Source: the human T2T-CHM13v2.0 reference genome, Homo sapiens. From it: a DNA stretch of 64,000 nt. This document shows positions 14,660 to 30,419 of this stretch, piece by piece. Numbering within the stretch: position 1 is the first letter of the stretch; each line of letters starts with the position of its first letter. The translations under genes were made by a program, and so were the position numbers. The notes below the pieces were generated by a model that was not told the DNA's origin, searched no databases, and saw nothing but the letters and a program-made list of their open reading frames with translations. The DNA is taken from NCBI RefSeq assembly GCF_009914755.1, contig NC_060926.1; one strand, given 5' to 3'.

Positions 14660-14815
14660 CTTTCATTTTCTTTGTCATCTGTTAACTCAAACAGCTGCTG
14701 AGCACAATCCTTAATTAACTCATCCAAAGCATCTTCCATTGCTGATAAGTCAGAAAGTTCCTCCTGTAGCTTCTTTTGTTGGGGAACTGCTCCAAAATTG
14801 CTAAGATCAGATCCT
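14660..14815 (-). CDS. E2F6: E2F6 coding exon 4 (156 nt, coiled-coil/dimerisation region)
   Basis: GSDLSNFGAVPQQKKLQEELSDL...DDKENE; acceptor taaag|A; U12 donor AG|ATATCCTTT. Confidence 0.96.
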
Positions 14816-15329
14816 CTTTAGAAGAAAAAAAATGTCAGCATCAATACCAACTAGGAGATAACAAAGTAATTTCAAGTTAGGTTATTGGAACTTCTCCAAA
14901 TGTTTGCCATAAGTGTTTTCCACAACAATAGAAACTAGGGACTTTTAACTTCTGCCGTCTTTGTTCTAGACAGCCATTATTCCTTCTGTACATAAATTAT
15001 TTATAGTTCTTCATCTTATACAGTCTTTTTCAAAAAAATACATTACAACCTAACAGAAATTAATAACAGCAGAGGCAGCCTAAGGAAATAAAAAGGGCAC
15101 TGAACTAAGAGTCAATAACACCCAGCTTCAGCCTCAGTCCTAGTACTTACAACGCAGCTTCTGATAAGTTATAATCTTACAGTACTTGAGTTCCTACACA
15201 TGAAAACATAGGGTGGGCTAAATGACAGTGCCTCTGCTAACATGTGAGGAGTCTGTATCTTTCCCTAGTGTACACATTCTGTCTGAATATAATGATTATA
15301 TTCATCATTTAAAAAAAGACATTATTTTC

Positions 15330-15647
<318 letters not shown>

Positions 15648-16590
15648 TTATTAGTGCCTACTCCAATATGATATGACCAGGCAACAACTGATTTTCATTT
15701 TTTTCTTTCAATCTTAATGGAAAATAAATAGGGAAAGGTCCTTGCCTTTATCTTTTACTTGGTAGTTTTCAAATCTGATTCTAATTAGTGATTCACAATG
15801 CATGCCGATATAAACTCCTAAAGTGTTTTTTAGTGTTATTTAGTAAACATGCTCAAATTAGAATTCAACCTGTACTTCTGTACTATTGAAAAAATTACCT
15901 CCTTTATGAATCCCTTTCCTCTAATAACTAAGTTAATTATTTAGGGTCATTTTATGGTCTTTGCTGGTAGGTTTTCATTTGCCTGAGAGGTCACTATGTA
16001 CTTATTTGCTGTAACTATTTCTCCCTGTCCCCAAATACTTGCCTATTCTAGGTACAACAGCATTCTCATGTGTGCACACACAGATACCTTTATCTATGTC
16101 AATGTCTTAAGCTTCCCTTTCCATTGGATTTCTCCTCATCATGTCAAGTCTTTAGCAACTGTCTTTTAGACACTGTCTGATTTTTTTTTTTTTTAATATT
16201 CAGGGCAGTATTTTAAACACCTCGCTACGTCATAATCTCCTGGGCTACCTGTTGAGAATGTACTTTCCTGCTTTCCCTCAGACCTACCGAATTACAACTC
16301 CAGAGGCAGTAAGCCTCTAGGTGTTTACTACACTTCTGTGTGAAAACCACTGTTTTACAACCTTAACAAATTTTCCCAGTATCAATAATCAATTGGAACT
16401 GAGGAAATACTTTTTAAAAAATTTATGTACTCTCTAGGATGATGCAAGAAAATTTTATAGAATTCTCTTCTAACAAGAAGTCGTACCTTTGTATTATATT
16501 GTCAAAACACTGCCACTATCTAGTTTAAGCATGGAATTGTCACTTGATGAGAAGGAACAAAAGCCACGAAAAAGTTTGAAAGCAACTCAC

Positions 16591-16807
16591 ATCCATCTAA
16601 TATGGTTCTTGGATTTCTTTTCAACGAGGTCGATTCCATCTAAGACATTGGTGATGTCATACACTCTCCGCTTTCGGACTCCCAGTTTCGTTGCAACCTT
16701 GTTTAAGTCAAGAATACCCCCGGGAGCAGATCTGACAAGATCCATAAATTTTCGAGTTAAATAAACCAGCGATACATCAAAACGAGGTCTCTTCACTTTT
16801 AGAGCTT
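16591..16807 (-). CDS. E2F6: E2F6 coding exon 3 (217 nt, winged-helix DNA-binding domain)
   Basis: [16 protein letters not shown]...[26 protein letters not shown]; acceptor cccag|AA; donor AT|gtgagt. Confidence 0.98.
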
Positions 16808-17360
16808 CTGGGAAACAAAATAAACATATTTGTAAAATTTTAAATAACATTTCTCAACTCATTTTTAAAAATCATCTGTTTCCTCTTGATCAGATAGCAG
16901 ACATCTACAGAAATGCCTACACATTGACCAAATCAAAGCTGGTTTCTATGAAATAAATCTCTTAAATTGGAGAAAAAATTCACTGGCCTATCCTGGCTCT
17001 AAACAAAGGCTTTAGATTTAAACAAAGGAGGATTTGAAATATGCAACCAGTGTCCACCGAACATGTGGACTTTCACAAGTCTACTGTATCTTCTCGGACA
17101 AAGCAGTGAGATTAATTTGCATCCATACCACTCTCAGGAATAGAATTACACATGATTTTTAAAATTAAATTTCTCATTTGGTCTTCAAGTTAAGGAATTC
17201 TTTACAAAGCAAAGGCAGAGAATTGGCGGCTTTTTTTCCCCTTTTAATGACTCTATCCATGTCATAGTGTAAGTTGTCTGATGAATTTTTTTGAAAGAGC
17301 CCAAACTAGTCTTCTATTAAGACAATTATGACATACCTCGAGCAACAGTGGTATCTCTCT

Positions 17361-17661
17361 CTTTTTTTTTTTTTTTTGAGAGAGTCTCGCTCTGTTGCCC
17401 AGGCTGGAGCTGGAGTGCAGTGGCGCGATCCTGGCTCACTGCAACCTCCGCCTCCAGGGTTCAAGTAATTCTCCTCCGGAGTAGCTGGGATTACAGGCAT
17501 GCACCAGCACGCCTGGCTAATTGTTTTGCATTTTTAGTAGAGACGGGGTTTCACCATATTGGCCAGGCTGGTCTTGAATTCATTCCTGACCCTGTGATCC
17601 ACCTGCCTCAGCCTCCCGAAGTACTGGGATTACAGGCGTTAAGAGCCACCGCGGCTGGCCC
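17361..17661 (-). mobile_element. AluS
   Basis: Full Alu; TSD gtatctct. Confidence 0.9.
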
Positions 17662-20187
17662 AGTATCTCTATTTTTAAAAATATTCACTACCCTATATTA
17701 ATTTAACAGATAGACAAAAAAAAAATCCCTTAATTCCCTCACTCACCTACTATAATGACTGGGGTTTTCATACACACACACACCTCTAACACATTCACAC
17801 TTGTGTGCCAATCATATATATAGTTTTTAAAAACAAAAATAGGACCATGCAATTTTGCAACACGTTCTTTTAACTCCATATTGTGAACATCCTGACATGT
17901 CAACAAATGTATTTCAACATTATTCTTAATGGCTGCATGCTTAACTGTATGCAGTATTTGCTATTTATCCCAATATTAGAAATTAGACCATCTCCAACTT
18001 TACGATTTTGCTTCATATTTCAATGAACCTTTTTGTTGCGAAACTACTGTATGTCCCCTTAACTGGACATTTTTAAGGAATGTTGATATGTGCCGCTAAA
18101 CTGCTCTGCAGGTTGTGGGTTCTATCCATTCTATGCAGTATACACGGGCCTCATCTCACATGCTCGCCAGAACTAAGTATCTTGTCATCTTTTCCAATTT
18201 GATACTAAGAAAAAGTTCTTATGGCTTGGTTTGCAGAAAAAATAATTTCTAAAATAACTTTGTCACTCTGGTGTGGAATATATGACTTTCTTTTTCTCTA
18301 CTTCCACAGCACACCACAGTCAGTATGCCTCAAAGAAATGTCCATCCTACCTTCAGTCAGAAATGTCCTTACTCAGAACCTCCACAATGTCACATTTAGT
18401 TTAAAGACCACTGGCGGTTACTTCAGGAACAAAGGTACATATTTCATAATATAAATGTCTTCTCTCTGGAGCCCATTCCTACACTTAAGATTAAATAGGC
18501 GTAAATTAGGAATTTAAAAGGATTTTTAATCGGAAGTAGAGGGTCACAATTCTACAACAAACTCAGGAAGATTACAAATGAGAAATTCTAACTTTAAAAA
18601 GCATATATTTAATTATACTAATTATTAACAAGGCATGGTCTTATATGCTCAGGATAAGCATATTTCTATGTTATTTTATAAAGAACATGTACAACGGAAC
18701 ACCAAAAATGTGACAGTTGCTGAGGGGATATGAATAGGATTACAGAGGTCTTCACACCAAAGCAACTCCGTAGTCTAATAAGGAACTCTATTATATGTCC
18801 TGAGGTAAGTGCTAAGAGAGGTATTCAAAGTCACCCGATGGCAAGAAATCAAACCTTCACTGGAGGGGGAAACTGGGAAGGCCTCTTGATGGGAGTACAC
18901 TGGGCATAGGGAACAGGAAGGCGAATGGGCGGTGTTTGCCCACTGTGACAGAGGGTGAGGGGCTGAAGTGAGGGAGAGGAAACCACACCTCAGAAGACAA
19001 AGCAGACTTAGAGAACCTGGGGTGCTTTGGGGATCACAGGTGGTGTAGCTTGTGCTGTGGAGGAGGGCGGCAGCATGCTGGAAGAAGAGGCTGCGGCATT
19101 AAGCAAGAAACAGCCTACAAGGGCCTGGTCTGCTCTGTCTACCCATTCTCTACTGCCTTGTTTCTTTTAATATGAAGTGGCTTATGAATTTAATGCAAAC
19201 ACTTAAAATCAAATATACAAGGAATCAGGGTTTTCTCTACATGTAAAAGAGCGTCACTGAAGAACTTAGGTTGAATGATATCATAATCCAATTTCTGTAT
19301 TAGACAAATCCCCCTGGATTTTTCCAGCATCCAGGTTGGAAAGCCTGGAAGCTGACTGCCTTCTAAGAAGGAGACCCAGCAACTTCAGCTACAGAGGAAG
19401 TTAGACCCTGAACGAGAAGAAGCAATTCAACGTTGTGGTAAAGACTCTGGGCTCTTGCGTCAGAGAGGTAAGAGATTCAACCCTGACTCTGAGCAACTCA
19501 CCTCAGCCTCTCTGGGCCTTTATAAAGTAAGAATTCTAATCCATACCTATATTTTGAAAGGTCATTGTGACAATCCATGCAGAGAGCTTAATGCAGTGCC
19601 AGGCACTGTATGAGCTCAATAAATGTTAGATATTATTATAAATTGGTGGTATGGGACAGATGCAAGAAACACATCAAAGGTGAAGCTGACCAAACTCAGT
19701 GACCAACTATGGGTGAGACTGGGGCAGGCACTGAGGCAAAACTAAGGGTGAGTATTTCTAAGATTCACACTGACTTATCGATGCACTATGTATCCACTGA
19801 GATTAGGAAGCTGAGGTGGGGCGGTCTATCATGGAAACTTCCAGAAGAGGGAACTAGAGCCATTTACATCCTATCGCCTCTAACAGATACCCTAAACATT
19901 AACCTAAGATAAGGGACAAGAAGGAAAGAGTACATTTCTCTCCCAGGAGGAATTCTGAGAAAATAGCCTTAAATACAGACTGTTCTATGGAGAATAAACT
20001 GGCATTTGTGCACATGATTCAACCCATAACCTCAGGAGTTGTTACTAAAACTTGCAACTTTACATTTCAGTGTACACATAACAAATTGTATTTCAGTTTC
20101 TCATCAACTCATACACTTAAACAAATCATTTTAATCATAAGAAGTTCAAACTAACAAAACCTAAAACCTATTCAGGAATCAACTTAC

Positions 20188-20242
20188 TTCTCATGGACAC
20201 ATATTGTACATTATCTTCTAAATTAATCCTTATTTTTGATGG
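20188..20242 (-). CDS. E2F6: E2F6 coding exon 2 (55 nt, PSKIRINLEDNVQYVSMR)
   Basis: Acceptor tttttcag|CCA; donor A|gtaagt. Confidence 0.96.
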
Positions 20243-20313
20243 CTGAAAAAAAAGATAAAAAATTTAACTTAGTGATTTTAAAACAACAATGCAAACAAAT
20301 AGCATTTTACTCA

Positions 20314-20697
<384 letters not shown>

Positions 20698-21094
20698 TCA
20701 TTACAACACTGTCCCTGACTTGGGAAAGCTTAGTAGAGATAGAAGATCTATCTCAACCAACACATGCTCACTCCTTGCTATTATTAAGTATACGTGGTTC
20801 CCCAAAATTTGCTCACAAGCTTTCATAGGCAGCTATGCATTCCCATTATAATTAATGTAAAAACAGCAGCATTTCTAACAATGGAAAACAATGCATGCTG
20901 TGGGTAACTAGAAACTTTTGCGTTAGATAAAAAGTTTCTTTTAAATTCCTGAAACAACCAGGAAATTAGTAGAAGCTCCATTATCAATGCTCACCATTTT
21001 ACCAGCTATTTAGAGGCTCTGAAAGTTTGCATAAAACTGGTAGTAACATTTAGAAACTGTTTTTCTGTAAAAAATAAATAAAATGAAACCAAAC

Positions 21095-21182
21095 CTTAAA
21101 ATGAAAGCCTATGAACAGAAACTCCTAGTAACATCAATGTTAATGTGCCTCCAGACAGGCTGTCATCAGGTTTAGCTCTTAT
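21095..21182 (-). other. Candidate E2F6 alternative poison exon (88 nt)
   Basis: Acceptor ttttttcttag|; donor AAG|gtttgg; read from exon 1 it gives IRAKPDDSLSGGTLTLMLLGVSVHRLSF-TAA. Confidence 0.45.
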
Positions 21183-21239
21183 CTAAGAAAAAACTGGCCA
21201 TAAAGCAAAACTGGGGCAAGTGAATTCATAGGTACTCTA

Positions 21240-21700
21240 AGAAGAGAATCAACAGCAGTACTAGGGATACACCCAGACAGGGAACTCACAGAAGGATTCA
21301 TGGCGAAGGCAGCCCTCAGCTGAGCCTAGCCCAGCAAGCCAGATTTGCCTGAATAAACAACTGTGGGGAGAGAAGAAAAAAGACAGGATTGTGGTACCGG
21401 AAATGAACAAAGGTGTGAAGATGTATATGGCATGGCATGTTTCTGGGAACCCACTGAAGTGGCCAGTGTGTAAGTGACTTGACTTTGAAGCTGGGAGGGC
21501 ATGCTGGCACCACATAAAACTAATGCTAAAGAGTTTGGACTTTATGTCATAACCAGTAGAGAATCACCAAAGGTTTCTGAACCAGACTAGGACATAATTA
21601 AGTAAATGGTTTAGAAATATAAGTATGGCAGCAATATGGCAAAAGGACTGGGAAATGAGGAAGCCTGAAGGCAAGGTGAGCAGTTAAGAAGCTCTTTGTT
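21240..21700 (-). mobile_element. L2 fragment hosting the E2F6 MNPS exon
   Basis: gagtttggactttat...aggtttctgaaccag...gtttagaaat matches antisense L2 motifs. Confidence 0.6.
21290..21360 (-). other. E2F6: E2F6 alternative cassette exon (71 nt): in-frame stop, then a new start MNPS
   Basis: Acceptor tttcttctctccccacag|; donor TCT|gtgagt; GCCATG at 21301 in frame with exon 2, giving a predicted 249-aa isoform. Confidence 0.8.
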
Positions 21701-22606
21701 TATACTGGTGTTAACAATATCCTCGGCACAATGATTTCCTTATCATCTATGACAAGATGATAGCATCTATTAACAAATCACCCCAATATGGAATACTCCC
21801 ATTGAGACAGAATCCCACTGTAAAATTAATTTAGTTGTTAGAATTGAACACGTAGACCTGCTAGGGCATGCACCACTGGAGCTGGGAATGCTGGCCTTGG
21901 GGGTAGGGACTAGGTCTGGCCAGCTCTCTCAAACAGTGCTGACAATGGTGACTTGCAAACATGGTATCCAACAGTGAAACTCTGAAGCAGTCCTATCAAA
22001 GTCAGACATTAGACAAGTGTGACCAACTGCCATTGCTATTTTTACATTTAACCCCTCTGCTAATAGTATGAGACGGGCCAGCTACGGTAGCAAGATTCTT
22101 GAATGGAAAAAAAAAAAATCCATCCTTATCACATTGATTTGAAACACACATAAACAAATATCCTAAATCCTTATATATAAGCTCAGAGGGGCCTTGCTGC
22201 AGAGGTTCCCGTTCTTAATTCAGAGTAGCAGGCCCAGGACTTACACACTCTACTTACTGGCTCCCAAAGAGGCTGCCTCGCTAGCTATGCATTCTAGGGT
22301 GTCTTCTCTGCTACACACCTCCCTACCCATCTCATCTAGACAGTGGATCACAGGTTGGTACAGAAATAACACCTCAGTTAGGCATAATATGAAAAAAGAT
22401 GGCTTTGTTTTCCCCACTCTTTGCTATCAATGCAGTTCCATTACATATTGGCTATACTGATGTATGTGGGAAAACAGTCTCCAAGAGCATTCATTTGTTT
22501 TTTTTTCCTCTTCAAATACAAAAACACTCTATCTTGGAGGAATCACAACAGTACCATTGCCCCTCAGTGGCAGACATCATATACAGACATATAGATAGAA
22601 ACATAA

Positions 22607-22963
<357 letters not shown>

Positions 22964-23394
22964 TTACAAAATGAAAATCACTCAGGCTGATCTTGTGCCC
23001 TGACAGAGTATACAGCTCTCTAGGAACCAGCATCTTCTGGGGCAAGTCAGCATATTTTTTCAAATTCCAAGCTATTTCACCACTGCTCCAAGTCCCCTAT
23101 TTAAAGACCTATACTTTATTGTGTAGCTTTGAAGAGCTGCTTCAAAGGTGGAAAAAAAAATAAAAGATGAAGTTTAGGGACTAAAATGCTAAGCACTGCC
23201 TCCAAGCTGGTTAAACCTTTCTCTATACAGATGTTTCTCTACACCAATTCTGTTTTGGGGAGCAATATTCCTTCAAGAGGTCTTTGGAAAGGTTATTGCA
23301 TTCTCACCCATTCAAATTTTCCTTATTTTTCAATATGCAGACCAAGTTCTACCTCCAATCAATGCTATTTTCTCCCTTCTCAGAAGTCCAGATC

Positions 23395-25210
<1,816 letters not shown>

Positions 25211-25236
25211 GTAATAAATTCAATTCTGGATATAGA

Positions 25237-25929
25237 GTAGTCCACCCTTATCCCTGGGAGCTACATTCCAAGACCCCCAGTGGATGCCTAAAACCGCAAA
25301 CAGTACCAATCTCTATATATACTATTTTTTCGTATACATACATACATGTGATAACATTTAATTTATAGATCGGGCATAGTAAGAGATTAACAGCTAATAA
25401 TAAAATACAACAATTATAGCAATAAACTACAATGAAAGTTATGTGAATGTGGTCTCTCTCTCAAAATATCTTATACTGTAGATCTTAGCGACCTCAGAAT
25501 AAGATTTTTTTTCTTTCCTTACTAAGTCAAGAACTTAGATCTTTTCACTTAAAGGAAGCACTTCATCAATTCTCTTCAGCATACTGGAAGCACTACTGGA
25601 AGCATACTGGAAGCACTACTTTTGTGCTTTGGGGCCATTACTGAGAAAATAAGGGCTACTTAACACAAGCACCGTGACAGTTGGTCTGAGAATCAAGAAA
25701 CAGCTACTAAGCGACTAAGGGCAGGGCGCAGTGACAGCATGGGAACTCTGGACAAAGGAAGATTCAGGTGCTGGGTGGTACTGGACAGCTCAAGATTTCA
25801 TGACACTACTGAGAATGGCAAGCAGTTTAAAACTAATGAATTATTTCTGGAATTTTCATTTTAATAGTTTGGGGGACCACAGGTTAACTGAAATAAAGAA
25901 AAGTGAAACCTCAGATGAGAGGGGACTAA
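25237..25929 (+). mobile_element. MER2B-like (Tigger family)
   Basis: gtccacccttatcc...ttccaagacccccagtggatgccta...gatgagaggggacta. Confidence 0.65.
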
Positions 25930-26166
25930 TAGGAGTTTGAAACCTAAGTAGGAAGGTCTAGTAGACAGCTGGAAAACCCTGAAGGAGATTTATAGATTTG
26001 GGAATTATGACATGGTAACTGAAAATACCAGAACTGTATGTCTAAGATTTCAAGGGATGTATCTGCTGATACTACATGCAAACTAAGTGGTTTTTCCACA
26101 GTGAGCTTAGAGTTTTTATCACGTTCTCAAATATTAAGACCACCAATACAGATGGTACCAATATAC

Positions 26167-26580
26167 AGCTGACCCTCAAACAACACAGGTTTGAATTGTG
26201 TGGGTCCACTTAGAGACCAATTTTCTTTACCCGCTGCCACCCCTTAGAGAGCAAAACCAGCTCCTCCTCTTACTCTTGTTCATCAGCCCACTTAGTGTGA
26301 AGACAAGGATGAAGACCTTTACGATGACCTAATTCCCCCGAAGGAGTAGGATTTTCTCTTATTTATGATTTTCTTAATAACATTTTCTTTTCTTTAGCTA
26401 CTTTACTATAAGAAAACAGTAACTAATACATATAAATACAAAATATGTGTCAATTAACTGTTTACGGTATCAGTAAGGCTTCCAGCAAACAGTAAAGTTT
26501 TGGGGGAATCAAAGTTATATTCAGATTTTGAATTTCATGGGATTTGGTGCCCCAATCCCTGAGTCGTTCAATGATCAAAT
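26167..26580 (+). mobile_element. Tigger2a (MER28)
   Basis: cagctgaccctcaaacaacacaggtttgaattgtgtgggtccactta...ttcaatgatcaaatg, TA flanks. Confidence 0.75.
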
Positions 26581-26675
26581 GTAGATGGTAACAGAAGTCA
26601 TGGGAGGAGTGAATGAACTCCCCTAAGAAGAATGTGTAGAGACGGTAGAAGAGAACCCTGAATAATACCAACATG

Positions 26676-26990
26676 TGGCCAGCTGCAGAGGCTCACGCCT
26701 GTAATCCCAGCACTTTGGGGAGCTGAGGTGAGAGGACTGCTTGAGCCCAGGAGTTCAAGACCAGCCTGGGCCCCATAGGAAGACTCCCATCTCTAAAAAT
26801 AAAAATAATTAGCCAGGTGTGGTGGCATGTGCCTGTGGTCTCAGCTACTTGGGAGTTGGAGGCAGAAGGATCACTTGAGCCTGGGAGGTAAGGCTGCAGT
26901 GAGCCATGATGTGCCACTGCACTCCAGCCAGGGTGACAGAGTGAGATCCTGTACCGGGGGGGGGGGGGACAAAAACAAAAACAGAAAAAC
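26676..26990 (+). mobile_element. AluJ with a poly(G) run in its tail
   Basis: AluJ diagnostics (cttgagcccaggagttc, aggctgcagtgagccatgat). Confidence 0.85.
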
Positions 26991-27274
26991 AAATCAACAT
27001 GAAGGAATGGGAAGAGGATGAGGACAAGGAGAAGCCAGAGAAGCAGATGGAGCATCAAACGTCAAGGAAGCTCAAGGGAGGGTTTCTAACACGAGTGTTG
27101 TAGTCAAAACTACAACAGCTGCTGGAATTGACGAGCTTGTCGGTGACCTTGGTTAGAATGGTCTTACAAGTGTGCTTAGGATAGGGGTCCCCAGCAGTGG
27201 GTTGGCTGGTAATAAGAGGCCATCAAGTGGAAACAGTGAGTGTAAATAACCTTTTCAAGAAGTTTAGCTGTGAA

Positions 27275-27652
<378 letters not shown>

Positions 27653-27944
27653 TCAAGAATTTATCATCTGGAGTTAGACATTTGGAGCTTCAACCCAAGT
27701 TTCTACACTTATTATCCAGCCACAGGCAAGCCGGCGTTACATGCATCTCCAAGTCTGTTTTGGCAACCGTGAAACAAGAATAATAATCTTTTAGTATTAT
27801 AAAACACTGCTGTGAGAAATGAGAAATTAAATGAGGCAATAATCACAAACTATTTGGTAGGGGGACCAGGCATAATGACTTGGGAAAATGTTTAATTACT
27901 ACTAGTTATAGAAAGAAAGCAGCAGAGAAATTGAAAATACGGGG

Positions 27945-28237
<293 letters not shown>

Positions 28238-28599
28238 TGCATTTGTTGAGGGCCCTGATAACCGCGGGGAATACAGCATCTGGTCCTGAACAAGAGAAGA
28301 AATCAGCCTTTGCAGGAAAGGGAGCCAAATTTCCTAACCATTTTCTCTGTCAAACAGGTGGGGAGATAATTTGATGAATGGGAGCTGTGGCGTGGGAAAT
28401 ATAAAGCGTGGACAAGGTTTTAAACGGCTGCAGTAGAGCAGAAGGATGGGAGAGGAGGCAGAAAAACAAATGATAGGTTGCAGAGATACAGCTAGAGTCC
28501 ATAGAAGGAGATAAACATGGACTCTCTAATGCAAAGTTGAGCAATTTTCTCCAACAGTGCTCTGAAGTTCCGATGTAAAAGCCTAGAAGACTGATACCA

Positions 28600-29420
28600 C
28601 GTCTGTGAGCAGATGCTGAAAGCAGAAGGCGGGAGAGCGCAGTTCGCAGCACGTGATGGGCAGCGCCTGGCCCAGGGGGAGCAGACGACCCAGACGACGG
28701 CCAGCGGGGTTGGCGGCGGCGCGGGGAGGAGGGGGCCGGATTTGGGAGACCACCGCCCGTCCCCGTCCCGTCCCGGAGCTTACCAGCAGGCCCTCCACGT
28801 TGATGGGGTCTCGGCACCGACGGCGAACCGTCTCCTCCGTCGGGTCCAGGAGGAGACTGGGTAACTTCCTCGCCGGCCGCTGCTGACTCATGCTGCCCGG
28901 CCGGGCGTCCTGCTCCCCTCGCACCCCACGAGCTCTCCCGCCCTCTCGCGCTCAGCTCGAGCACCGCCCCCCACGCGCCGATTTCCAAGGGCCCAGCACC
29001 TAAGGGGTCCGCGGCTTCCTCCGAGGCGCCGCCCGGCTAGGCCGTCCCGCCCGCCAGTAAACGCGGCACGGCCTCACGTGCCCGGGAGCTCCCGACGCAG
29101 ACGGAAAAAGAGGAGGGAGACCCGCGGATCTCAAGTCGCCCGGCCCGCCATCTTCCCGCATGCGCAGTACACCGCCCCCCTCTGCGCATGCCCGCCGCTG
29201 CCGGAGCGCTCCCACGCACCGATCCTCTCCCGGCGGCTGCCGCCCGGGAAACCCGGACCGCGGAATCCACGGAGAGGCTGGCAAAGGAAAAGGAAGAGGT
29301 GGAGCCGAATTCCAGAGGAAGGGAACAGGGGTGAGAGAAAAGAGGCAACCGGGAAAACCCAGCGGTCGCCTGGAATTCTCGACGGTGATAACTGAAAGTT
29401 CTGAGGTGATAACTGAAAGT
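28600..29420 (-). promoter_or_regulatory. E2F6: E2F6 CpG-island promoter
   Basis: High GC and CpG density; YY1 CCGCCATCTT 29145-29154; NRF1 CGCATGCGCA 29157-29166 and TGCGCATGCC 29183-29192; GC box 29172-29179; no TATA box seen. Confidence 0.9.
28784..28891 (-). CDS. E2F6: E2F6 coding exon 1 (108 nt, MSQQ...VEGLL)
   Basis: ATG at 28891; donor CTG|gtaagc at 28783; 36 codons, phase 0. Confidence 0.97.
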
Positions 29421-29445
29421 TCTGAGCCGCAGAGATGTTCATTTA

Positions 29446-29741
29446 TTCCTTTTTTTTATTTTAATTTTTTTTTTGGTCGCCCAGGCTGGAGTGCAGTGGC
29501 GTGGTCAGGGCTCACTGCAGCCTTGAATTCCCAGGCTCAAGCGATCCTCCACCTCAGCCTCCCAAGTAGCTGGGACTACATGCGCGCGCCACTGTGCCTG
29601 GCTAATTTTTAATTTTAATTTTAGTAGAGACAGGGTCTCAGTATATTGCCCCGGCTGGTCCTGAACTCTGGGGCTCAAGCCGTCCTCCCACCTTGGCCTC
29701 TCAAGTGCTGGGATTATAGGCGTGAGCTACCACACCCAGCC
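29446..29741 (-). mobile_element. AluJ
   Basis: gctcactgcagccttgaattcccaggctcaagcgatcc. Confidence 0.85.
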
Positions 29742-29840
29742 TTCATTTATTCGTGAGCTCTGTTAGCGCATCTTACAGGCAGGTCAGTGTTGATGCTTAG
29801 TAAATGTGAGCAACCACACCATTGTGGAATCGTTTTACCT

Positions 29841-29905
29841 CTGCCTGCCCGCCTGCCTGCCTGCCTGCCTTCCTTCCTTCCTTCCTTCCTTCCTTCCTCC
29901 TTCCT
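29841..29905. repeat. Compound (CCTG)n(CCTT)n microsatellite
   Basis: Direct reading. Confidence 0.9.
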
Positions 29906-30419
29906 GTTTGACGAATGAGTTATCGTTGACCTATAGTGTCAGATATTGGGGTGGGCACAGGCGATACTTATTCGTTTGAATATGCCACGGGTTCAACCTC
30001 CAATTTCAGTGGGGACAGATAAGTAAACAGAGCATGTTAATTTAGCTGGAGCCAGAAGGTGTGTTTTCAAGTCCTGGCTCCCTCTACGTATAAACTAGAA
30101 GACCTTATTAAGCCAGTTACTTAATCTGTCTGTGCCTCAGTTTCCTTATTTGGAAAATGCAAATAATGACAATACTTACCTGATAAGGTTGTTGTGAGGA
30201 TTAAATGGATTAATGGATACAGGTTGCTGTGATTAGAACAGAGGCCAGCACATGTTTGAAATAAAAAGGCAACACACCGTGGTATGTACAGAGTTGGAGG
30301 GAAACAACTGGTTAGACTGGGGGTTTCTACACAGCCTGAGGTGGGCGAGGTGAGGCAGGGAAAAATCCCCGAAGAAGCTGGTTCCCCACTAGACTGTGAG
30401 GTCAGAGGCCTTCTCTAAT

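Noticed and set aside
28892-28924. GTG-initiated 11-aa N-terminal extension of E2F6
   Set aside because: Non-AUG start, the frame is closed by TGA at 28952-28954, and there is no further evidence.
28350-28988. 212-aa minus-strand ORF overlapping exon 1
   Set aside because: Alternative frame through a CpG island and intron, non-ATG start, no homology recognised.
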